Source: Eledone cirrhosa (taxonomy: Eukaryota). Taken from it: DNA of 64,000 nt. Location: NCBI GenBank assembly GCA_964016885.1, contig OZ024747.1:83452001-83516000 (forward strand), read 5' to 3'. Of this stretch, positions 10,520-20,110 are shown one piece after another (within the stretch, counting starts at the first letter, position 1; the number at the start of each line of letters is the position of its first letter). The position numbers were made by a program, and so were the translations under genes. Under the pieces are notes generated by a model. It ran no database searches and was not told the DNA's origin. It saw nothing but the letters and a program-made list of their open reading frames with translations.

Positions 10520-10810
10520 GGAATTGGCAGAGTCATTAGAGCAGCAATTTTTGTCCCAGTCTCAGTTCTCTGTGCTCTGAATTCAAATCCCAGAGGTCTA
10601 CTTTACCTTTCATAAATTCAGGGTCAGTAAAGAACCAGTCTAAAGACTCCTAGATTAATTAAAGGGCCAAACAGAATGCTTTGTGATATCTGATCTGGCT
10701 CAATGCATTCTGAGTAACTAAATCTTGCCTCATTTTACCAATAGTATCAGCTATGAAATGACTAATAGAAACAGTTTCCTTGATCCAGTCTGATGATCAA
10801 CTCTTTTCTT
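10520..10810 (+). mobile_element. Composite (dimeric) SINE: family C monomer plus a second monomer ending in TGATCTGATGATC-like sequence
   Basis: Same two-part layout at about 13950-14262(-), 42345-42668, 47443-47745 and 53132-53400. Confidence 0.6.
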
Positions 10811-10957
10811 TTCCTTTCCTGAACTATTGCGGATCTTAGCCAAATTAATATGTGTACTCTTTATGAAATGCAGTAGAAACCTACGAGTAGGAATGGGGAA
10901 TGTAAAATTTCAAAACAGATTTTGGTATTTACTTCTATTATAAACCCTTTCATGAGG

Positions 10958-11157
10958 GTGCTGGATTGGCAGTATCGGTAGAGAGTCGGACAGCATAGAG
11001 TTACGGTCCTTTATGGTCTGAGTTCATATCCTGCTGAGGTTAACTTTGCCTTTCATCCCTACGGGGTTGATAAAATAAAGCACCAGTAATGTACTGGAGT
11101 CAATTTAATCGACTCCCCCTAAATTACTGGCCTTGTGCCTATACTAGAAATCAATAT
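10958..11157 (+). mobile_element. Family C SINE; other copies about 17314-17474(-), 30690-30830(-), 33808-33970(+), 41798-41988(-), 44328-44520(+), 46420-46535(-), 48405-48820(+, two), 59440-59820(+, two)
   Basis: GGATTGGCAG head, CTGAGTTCA.ATCC B box, CTTTGCCTTTCATCC..GGGGT.GATAAAATAAAG.ACCAG middle, GGCCTTGTGCC..AGAAA tail. Confidence 0.88.
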
Positions 11158-11938
11158 TAGCCCTTTCAAATGAAATACATTGTCTATGTCATTCGATTAA
11201 TTTTTAAAATTCTTAAGAATTTGGAGGGATTTAATTAAATAATTTCTCCGTTATGAAACTACTATTTAGAACACAGGTTCTCAACCCATTTAGGCCAAAC
11301 GCCCCGCCCCCTTTTGTCTCTCAAAATCACGAAACGCCCCTACCCTGTTTTTCCATTTTTCAATATACTACTGATTTTGATATCAGTAGATTACTAAAAA
11401 ATTGATTAACAATATTCCAAAGATACCACTGCAGGCAGCTGAGAGTATAAATACATTCCTTGAAAGGAAATATATAAATTTCAAAAAAGGAACATAAATG
11501 TTCTTTTTTATGAATAAGGACCAGTTGAATTTGTTATATTCCCACCAGGCGATACCAGCTATTTTGAACATTTATACAAGAGCAACTCTGTCTATCCCAA
11601 GTGTGCTCTTATCTGGAAGAAAGTGGCAATTATATCATTTCAAAGCTTTCCAATGTTCCCTTTAATGAAATGGACAGGATAAATGTTGATATCTAACTTG
11701 ATGTCCCCTCCGCTTTGTGAGCTTAGAGACCATGGAAGAGGGTTTTCATGACCACGTAAGAGGGTATATTTATTAGTAAATGGTAAAATATATACAACAA
11801 ATGAGTAAGTGAATTGAAGTAGATGGTTTCCAGTCCAGTCAGACTGCAACTACAAATAAAAAAATTGTTAGTTTGCTTTGTAACAATAGCATATCCAAGT
11901 TTTCGGATAAATCAACTTATTTTAACTTTGACCTTATT

Positions 11939-12961
11939 TCAATGGGACCCTTGAGCTTCATGGAGTCTAGCTAACTCTTTGACGCCAGGCTGGATTTTCA
12001 TAAGATGTAGCCGGAGATCTCCACGTGTAATTACATTGTAGCGGTTGCGAGCCTTACTGTACAGTCTGGAAACAACGCCAAACCCCCTCTTGACTAAGTA
12101 TGAGCTTGGAAAAGGCAGAGCAAATCTCTTAGCCTCTGCATGTAGGTGTGGAAATCGATGCAGAATTTCCTCTTGCATCCCAAAAAGGGGTTCACCTATT
12201 TTGATCATGTCACCTGCTTGAAGTTCAATGAATTCTTCCTGAAATTTAACGTCCAAATCATCGACATTAGCTATGAAGGGATCTGCTATCCACATCGGGA
12301 TGTCCATCGGCAAAAGGTTGACAAACCATTCTCTCATGTTGTCTTGTAGCGCACGGAGGTGAGTGGTATAAATTTGGAGTTGGTCATTGCTTACAATGTT
12401 TTGAACATTGGCAACACTAGGAAAATTATAGAATTCCCGTCAACAAATATTCTTTTCGATGACATTCAATTTGGCCAGGAATGTTTTCACAGCATTCCTT
12501 GCTTTAAGCAAGGTGATCTTCTTCCCCTGCAAAGACAAAATGATGCTATTGCATTTGTCGAAGATGTCGGTGAGGTAGGCGCTGTCTTGCCTCACATCGA
12601 GGGTTTTCTTGTACAGTTCTGTGTTGCGTCCTCGCAGAAACTCAATGATAGAATCGAAGAGTTCAAAGAAGTGAGTAAAGCACTTGCCCTTTGAAAGCCA
12701 CCTCACTTCAGTATGAAGGAGCAACTTGACGAATTCTTCGTCATTTTCTTGGCACAGTTGCTGGAAAATTCGTTCATTGAGTGAATGCCGTTTTATAAAA
12801 TTGATGACATCAATGGCCACCTGCAAGGACTTACTCAGCAGCTCACTGAGTTTCTTCGCAGCCAAATGACACAATGAACAGCAAATACAGATAGATTTTT
12901 CTCTCTTCAGAAGAGTGACGAAACCCTTATGTTGGCTGACCATTGCTCTTGCGTCGGCCAT
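11939..12961 (-). pseudogene. hAT transposase pseudogene (Buster/ZBED8/SCAND3-like family)
   Basis: ORFs 12440..12961 and 11939..12337 contain DARAM, HLAAKKLS, LLLHTEVRWLSKG, LPFPSSYLVKRGF and GDLRL. They are split by a frameshift or deletion. The N-terminus is missing, and the position of the catalytic E reads K. Confidence 0.9.
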
Positions 12962-12975
12962 AGCACATGATACAA

Positions 12976-13255
12976 TGTGTGTTGTATGTGGTCCTAGCTG
13001 TATGTATTACCTCCTTATGTGTTGTATGTGGTCCTAGATGTGTGTATTTCCTGATTATGTGTTGTATGTGGTCCTAGATGTGTGTGCTACCTCCTTATGT
13101 GTTGCATGTGGTCCTAGAAGTGTGTATTACCTGCTTATGTGTTGTATATGGTCCTAGATGTGTGCATTATCTGATTATGTGTTGTATGTGGTCCTAGATG
13201 TGTGCATTATCTGATTATGTGTTGTATGTGGTCCTAGATGTGTGTTACCCGCTTC
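12976..13255. repeat. 40-bp minisatellite x7 inside the hAT element
   Basis: Unit approx. TATGTGTTGTATGTGGTCCTAGATGTGTGTATTACCTCCT at 40-bp spacing. Confidence 0.93.
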
Positions 13256-14814
13256 TGTGTTTTTTTCTTTTCTTTTTTTATTTGTAATATTATTTATACA
13301 ATAAGGAATAAAATAGATCTACATAGTGTTAACTCGTTACGGTTGAGTCAATAATTTCAGACATGAAATACATTGTTATTGGTGAAGGAAAGATAAGATT
13401 CTAACTGGCTGCGCTCAAAGTGTCCTTGAGCCAGTTGACTGTGGGTTTTTCCATTTTTAGGATCTCAATTGCTGGTTAATGTCACCTGCACACCTGCTCA
13501 CAGCTGCGGTCAGATCATAGTTATGCTGTCTGCATGCTCATTCAAATGCATTCACTCTGGCTATCTCAAAGACATACAAATATGGCTTATAAACCCCCCC
13601 CCCCCCCCCCCCCCCTAACTTGCTCCCAAACGCCCCCCGGGGGTGCATATGCCTACCGTTGAGAACCTTTGATTTATAACATAACATAACAAAATTCTTA
13701 TATAAAAGTTTGAATGCAGGTTTAATTTAAATAAAATACTTTAAAATGGTCAAATATGTTCCATTTTGGCATGCTTTCTATGGCTGTATCTTCTTCCCAA
13801 TGCCAACCATTTTACAAACTATTTATTGCATGTACCACAATATTCTAATGAAGTGTCTGAATCATTTATTGATCAACTGGATTGCTATTGATTATTTTGG
13901 AAACTCTCCTAATCTTATTGTAGATATTATAAGGAGATTGTTATAAGGAAAGGAGCTAATCATCAGATCAGACCAAGGAAATAAGGTTGTCATTGGTCTT
14001 TTGATTATTATCTGTCGGTCACAACTGTTGGTATCAGGAGGTGGGTTTGAACTATAATGCACAGCCAAATCATATACCACAAAGCATCCTTTCCAGCTTT
14101 TTAACAATTCTATCAATTCACTACAACTGGACAGGTATTTTATTCATTGACCTTGAAAGGAGGAACGGTAATGTTAACCTCAGCAGAATTTGAGCGCAGT
14201 GAGCTCGAACAAATACTGATGCATGTAATCTAATGCTCTAATGACGTTGCCGATTTGCCACCTGTTATGATAGGGTTTAACTTTGAGGCTTTGTGCTCTG
14301 ATATCCATGAAAGCTAATTCTATCCTTAAGTCTCATCTCTCAGAAAGGAATTTTTTTGTTTGACCACTCCATTGTGTACAAATGAAGCTCTTTCCAAACT
14401 ACATTTGATGTGTCCATGGGCTTTTTAAAGCTCTTGTAGACTCAGCCATGACTAAGTGGTTAAGTGTGCTTAGTAATCATGATGTCCTGGTTGACTCAAA
14501 TTATGTGAGATTAATTGGGTAGACTGAAACTGTAGAAGTCTTGGATAGATCATACTGTAATTCAAAGATCTAGCCTTGTCACATATTTTGCCTGAGAATT
14601 ATGTTAACAGTACACATGTCTGTGAAATACTCAATGACGTCCATGTTAATTCATGAGCTGGACGTTCAGTTGGTTGAACAACTGAATGCATGCATGGCCC
14701 CGTAACTCCCGAGGGAGTCATAGGGACACTGTATTGACATACAGCGTTTCTAAACCTGGCAGAGCCCAATCCTTTCCAGGTTGATATTTTGGTACCTCCA
14801 CATGGATCTTCTGG

Positions 14815-15110
14815 CACTTCTCCCAATAATCATTAACCATATATATCACATATCATTTCTTCACTCAGCGATCATTATCCATGTGCATCACATGTCCATA
14901 CCAATGCAGTCTCTCCTCCTGCACACTACATATTTCTTTTATACCCAGTTTTCCTTAGTTCATCCATGCTTCATTGTTCATGAACATTACACATCCATCA
15001 AAGCAAACTTACTTCATTTCTCTTTAGCCTTTGCATATCCTCTTCATTTATTGTCACTGCAAATGTCTTAATGTCAACACCATTTAAAAGCGTATGGAGA
15101 CATTTGTCTC
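14815..15110 (-). pseudogene. Old RTE 3' coding remnant; another at about 44530-45000(-)
   Basis: CATCACATGTCCATACCAATGCAGTCTCTCCTCCTGCAC reads RLHWYGHVM on the minus strand; heavily decayed. Confidence 0.7.
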
Positions 15111-15719
15111 TTATAAACAATGTCCCGCATTGTAGCATTTTGATGCATGCCAACAGTATATACCATACTTATAGTATGGGTTAGCATCAAGAAGGGCATC
15201 TGGTCATAGAAAAACTGCTTCAAATACGTCTAGTCCAACCCATGCCAGCATGGAAAAAATGAACTTCAAATTAATGATGATAGATATCACCATCATCATC
15301 ATTTTACGGTTGCTCTTCATGCTGGCATTTGTTAGACAGTTCTTCTTGGTTAGATTGTTGGATAACTACATCTTGCTCATAAGTTCCATATTTTTGCATG
15401 GTTTCTACAGTTGGATGTTCTTCCTAACACCAACCAATTTACAGAAAGTACTGGATACACCAGCACTACTATTTTATAGACTACTGAGTGCATTTTATCT
15501 TGACATCAGCATTATGATTAAATATCCAAGAATAACATTTCTAACTAATTACTGTGCATATTTTACTGATAAAGTATTACATTACTGGATGTTTTGAAAA
15601 CCATGGTTATATTCTACTGCATACAATTTATTGTGGTCACTCCTGTCCAAGAGACTTAATTTTACATTTCCTTGTGTATTCATCAGGAGACTAGATAACT
15701 GACCTGAGCTGGAAATATC

Positions 15720-16145
15720 TTAATCCTTTCATTACCATATTTCTAATGAAAACTACTGCCTATGATTTTCAAAGAATTTTGAGATGTTTTATATATTTCT
15801 CATTATTAACCCTTTAGCATTTAAACCGGCCATATCCGGCCAGAATTCTCTCACCTTTTTCTGTTCAAACCGGCTGTTACTGGCCGCTCATACTGATGTT
15901 AAGGTATGGTTCTCAAAATATATAATATCACAATCTCATAGAGTCGATATTATATGAGATAATTATGTGAGATAAAGCCTTTACCATGAAAATAACTATA
16001 GTAAACATAGAGATGCTGGTATTTTGAGGGTAGCTTAGAGGTTTTTACATAAAGTGATGATGGAATGTTTTTATATAAATATAAACACTTCAAAATAAAG
16101 TTTTCTGTCATAGAGTCAGAAGCAGTTTGCTATCAAAATGATTTA
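15720..16145. mobile_element. piggyBac-type MITE (family B) containing a nested family A MITE from 15810; family B relics also at about 19780-19970, 24900-25620, 33680-34400, 36570-36775, 40000-40680, 50280-50525, 56052-56270, 58330-58563 and 58655-58893
   Basis: TTAA-CCCTTT-like ends; shared GAATTTGGAGGGATTTAGTAAAATAA and AATTATGATGGAAGGTTTTAGAT internal motifs. Confidence 0.7.
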
Positions 16146-16699
16146 ATTTGTGTTGTGTCTTCTACAAGAGATGTTACTTTCATCTATACTACTACTATTA
16201 CATAATCTAGATTTAATACCATTCCAATGACTTCCTGAAAATGTACATGCTATTAAAAACATGTTGTTCCTATGACTATACATGCATGCATATATGTGTC
16301 TGTGTGTATATACGCATACACACACACACATGTATACATATATTGGAAATATTGCCCAAGGAGATGAGAAATGAAAAAAAAAAAACAATAAATAAACACA
16401 TGACATTGAATGAAACAGACAAATTGCATTGATATTCTCTCAATAGTTGCCTCTGGAAGTGGATCATTGTGGTTTTCCTTGATGACATTATTGAAATTAT
16501 CCTCGTTTATTATTTTACAATAAGAGTGTGTGATTTGAGAGAAATTTCTGCTATTTCTAGCAAGTCAAACAATCATGTAGAGGCTCTGGCATTGGCTTGA
16601 GTCTCTATTTGTTACAGCTCACACCTATGTAGGTTTAGCTAACCCACAAGGTCTTTTTGGGTGTTTTAATTATAAGAACACCAGTCTCGTCATGAAAAA

Positions 16700-16875
16700 A
16701 CATCGCCCTCTTCTTGATTGGACACCAGCCCATTGCAGATGTTAACCCCAGCTGTTGTTGGTACTTTCTTTTTAAAGCTGAGTGTATTGATGCTACAGGA
16801 AATAGTACACAATTTACACAATTTACTGCCCTGTCCAATTGAGTCCAACATCCTAACCATTAGACAATGCTTCAG
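16700..16875 (-). mobile_element. Old tRNA-derived SINE with a different tail; a relative lies at about 46890-47092(+)
   Basis: Minus strand TGTCTAATGGTTAGGATGTTGGACTC head, CACTCAGCT core, GGGTTAAC..TGCAATGGGCTGGTGTCC tail. Confidence 0.5.
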
Positions 16876-17059
16876 TTTCTACTGGAGTACATAATCAAGT
16901 ATTCTTTTATTATGTTACTGGTTTTAGTCATTAGTCTGCAGTTATACCTGGGCATCACCTTGATTATATTGATCCCACTATTTAATTTTGTTAACCCTTT
17001 TTTTGTTGAGGTGTTAAGTTACAGGACATAATCACAGGCACAGATGTAAATACAGACAT

Positions 17060-17061
<2 letters not shown>

Positions 17062-17140
<79 letters not shown>
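17062..17140. repeat. (CA)n microsatellite
   Basis: Direct reading. Confidence 0.98.
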
Positions 17141-17146
<6 letters not shown>

Positions 17147-18507
17147 GGATGGGCTTCTGCTGTTTCCGTCTACCAAATACCATTCCCAAGGCATTGGTTA
17201 AACTCAGGCTATAGTAGAAGGTACATGCCGAAGGTGCTGCAGAGCATGACTGAGCCCAGAACTACATGGTTGTGAAACAAACACCTTAACCACACGGCCA
17301 TTCATATATCTCATAATTGTTTCTACTTTAGGCACAAGGCCAGCAATTACCCAGTGCATTACTGGTACTTTATTTTATCGACCCCGTAAGGATGAAAGGC
17401 AAAGTCAACCTCGGCGGGATTTGAACTCAGATTGTAAAGGGACGTAACTATGCTGTAAAGCATGGCGTCCGACCCATCATTTTTTATGTTTATGTCTTCT
17501 AATTTCCTCATGTTTCACATCACCTGATGAATTTTTAAAATATTTCAAACACTAATTTCTAAAGATTCATTGTTTAACTAATTTTCAGTTTAAATGAGAT
17601 ATTCTGTCCATGTTTATCTTAAGAAAACTATTTTTAAAAGCCTTCTCTTAATGTCTTTTTTATCAAGTTTGCATGTTTAAAAAAATTTTTTAAATGTGTT
17701 TTTTTTTTTTGCATTTGATCTTAAAATTTTAACCATGAAAACAAGATCTGACCAACGCAAGGAGAAGACATATTCACTATTTCTTACTCTCTCTCCCTCT
17801 CTCTGTTGCTTTTTCTTTTACTCTTTGACATTTTCTCTTTTCTGTTGCCTATTCTTTCACTCTTAGCCCCCTCTCTCTTTTTATTACTCTTCTCTTCCTC
17901 TCTACAACTCTCCCCCTCTCTATCTCTCTTCTTACCCCTCCCCCTCTACAACTCTTCTTCCCTTCTCTCTCTGCTTCTCTTTCCTATTTTTTTCTCTCTC
18001 TCTTGCTACTACTAATGTACCTCATTCTTTCTTTATATCTACTGCTCTTTCTTTTCTACATTCTCTCTCTCTATCTCCCACATACTTACAGATATATGTA
18101 CTGACAGTGGATGAGTTGCTGAACACATAATATAATCTGAAAGGATTGGTGGTTGAATTAGACTGAGCTGAGTGAATGTTGGGAAGAATTGGATATGAAG
18201 TGTTGCAATGGAAAATGAGATTGGATTGTTGTGAAGCAAGCAAAAGTAATAATAGTCACTGATAATTAGATGTACAAATAGCAGTCTGAATTTATAGTTG
18301 TGGGTGAAAGATACTGGTTGAACATATCTACACTGAGGTACTTGAATAATATGTCATATAATAATGATTGTGTTGGATGTTTTGTCCGTCTGTCACACAT
18401 AAACACTATGATCTCACAAAAATGTTCAAATTATTTTCAATTAGAATTCTTGAAACACAAATGTAAGAAAAAAAAAACTGTGCAGAGCAGCAAATGTTGT
18501 AAACTAT

Positions 18508-18508
<1 letters not shown>

Positions 18509-18585
<77 letters not shown>
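18509..18585. repeat. (CT)n microsatellite
   Basis: Direct reading. Confidence 0.98.
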
Positions 18586-18588
<3 letters not shown>

Positions 18589-18714
18589 TAAGGTTGTGGG
18601 TTTGATTACTGGACTGGATGGTGCATTATATTCTTGAGTAAGACACTTTATTTCACATTTCAATACTGTAAATATTGTAGCATTGTTTTATTTTAAAATA
18701 AATAAATATTAATG

Positions 18715-19075
18715 AATGTGAAGCAACAGAGAAAGCTGGAAAGAACAGAGAAGAGAATGGTTTGGTGAATAAGTGGAATATTGCTTAAAGAGAGGAAAAC
18801 AATGAATTTCAGATAATGACAGGAATACAGTTAATGATGAATGTTGTGAAGGGAAATGGAATGCTATGGTTGGGTCATGTGTTGAGAGAAGATGAAATTG
18901 ACTGGGTGAGAAGAGGAAGGGGAAAATCAAGAAAGACATGGCTAAATAAGATGGGGGAGGAAATGAAAGGCAAGAGGTAGGGTAGTGATTGGGATCCAGA
19001 AGATTGAACAAAATGGGGAAACTGGTCATTGGACTTTCAAGGCTAATCTCTACTTTAGCAAGGAATGTGGCTTTA
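18715..19075 (+). pseudogene. Ancient RTE-like 3' remnant; paralog at about 49900-50280
   Basis: Reads LWLGHVLREDEIDWVRR. Both copies share GATGAATGTTGTGAAG..ATGGTTGGGTCATGTG and the CTTTAGCAAGGAA end. Confidence 0.65.
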
Positions 19076-19211
19076 ATTCTTTTGAATTTGAAAGGATTTA
19101 ATTTTCATTTTTTTAAAGTGGAATTATGGAAGATTTTTTAGATAAATATAGACATTATAAAATAAAACAGGGCAGTTTTGGGTGATTTGTATAAAACAAA
19201 TATTCAATTAA

Positions 19212-19422
19212 CCCTTTAGCATTTAAACTGGCTGTATCCAGCCAGAACTCTCTCACCTCTCTCTGTTCAAACTGGCCGCTCATACCTACATTAAGGTATT
19301 GTTCTCAAAATAAGTAACATCAAAATCTCGTACATTCGATACTATTTGAAATAAGTATGTAAGATAAAGCCTTTACTGTGAAATTACAATAGTAAATATA
19401 GAGTAATGTAAATGCTAAAGGC
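19212..19422. mobile_element. piggyBac-type MITE (family A)
   Basis: TTAA TSD on both sides; TIR CCCTTTAGCATTTA / TAAATGCTAAAGGC; homologous to 62543-62763 and to the copy starting at 15810. Confidence 0.88.
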
Positions 19423-20110
19423 TTAAATGCAATGTTGTTGCAGTGGTGCTGGAGTAAAGTCAAAATTGAGGTTTCATATTCATAAAAGTGTTATTGTTAA
19501 GAATGCTTTTAGAATGGACATACTAGACTACTTGTTGGAAATGAGACCATTGTCATTTGATGTTTCAATACATTCTATCTTCTCAAGATGATTATCAGTA
19601 GAAATAATAATTAAATTTCCTGCTCCTTCCCACTCTGTCTCAAACTGTGTTTTCTTTATGCAGTGAATAAATAAAAACAACCCATTTATTTACAAAAATA
19701 AGTTAAGTGTTGTTGTACTGAATGATGGACACAGATAAGCAAAGATAATTTTAAGAAATTAAGAATTTAACAAACTATCCGTTTGATACCAAGCTGCCTG
19801 AAATTACCCTTCGTTCTATGATACAAAATGGCTATATTTATCTAAAAACACTTTCCATCCTAATTTTATGTAAGAAACTAAGTTATTCTCCAAACACAAG
19901 CTTAATAATGGTTAATTTCACAATGATTTGAAAATCACAGGCAATTTTTTTCATTAGAAATATGGTAATGGATGGGCTCATATAAAAGTAAAATGTATAT
20001 ATGTATGTATATATATGTATATGTATATATATGTGTATATATATGTATATGTATATATGTATATATATGTGTATATATGTATATATATATATATGTATGT
20101 ATACTATATA

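Larger units (their letters stand above)
11272..13671 (-). mobile_element. hAT (Charlie/Buster-type) DNA transposon, internally deleted, nested in a piggyBac-type MITE
   Basis: TIRs CACAGGTTCTCAAC / GTTGAGAACCTTTG; TSD ATTTAGAA (11264) / ATTTATAA (13672); transposase remnants inside. Confidence 0.92.

Noticed and set aside
10785-10800. C/D box snoRNA or hammerhead at the CTGATGA motif of the composite SINE tails
   Set aside because: No downstream GAAA or stem II and no C-then-D arrangement with a terminal stem; part of a dispersed repeat.
11939-12961. Domesticated ZBED8/SCAND3/GTF2IRD2-like host gene
   Set aside because: Broken frame, missing N-terminus, and flanked by TIRs and a TSD: a dead transposon.
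20015-20110. N-terminus of the 906-aa ORF as a real start (full-length active LINE)
   Set aside because: It is TA/TG microsatellite. The N-terminal half of the APE domain and the 5' UTR are missing, so this copy is not autonomous.
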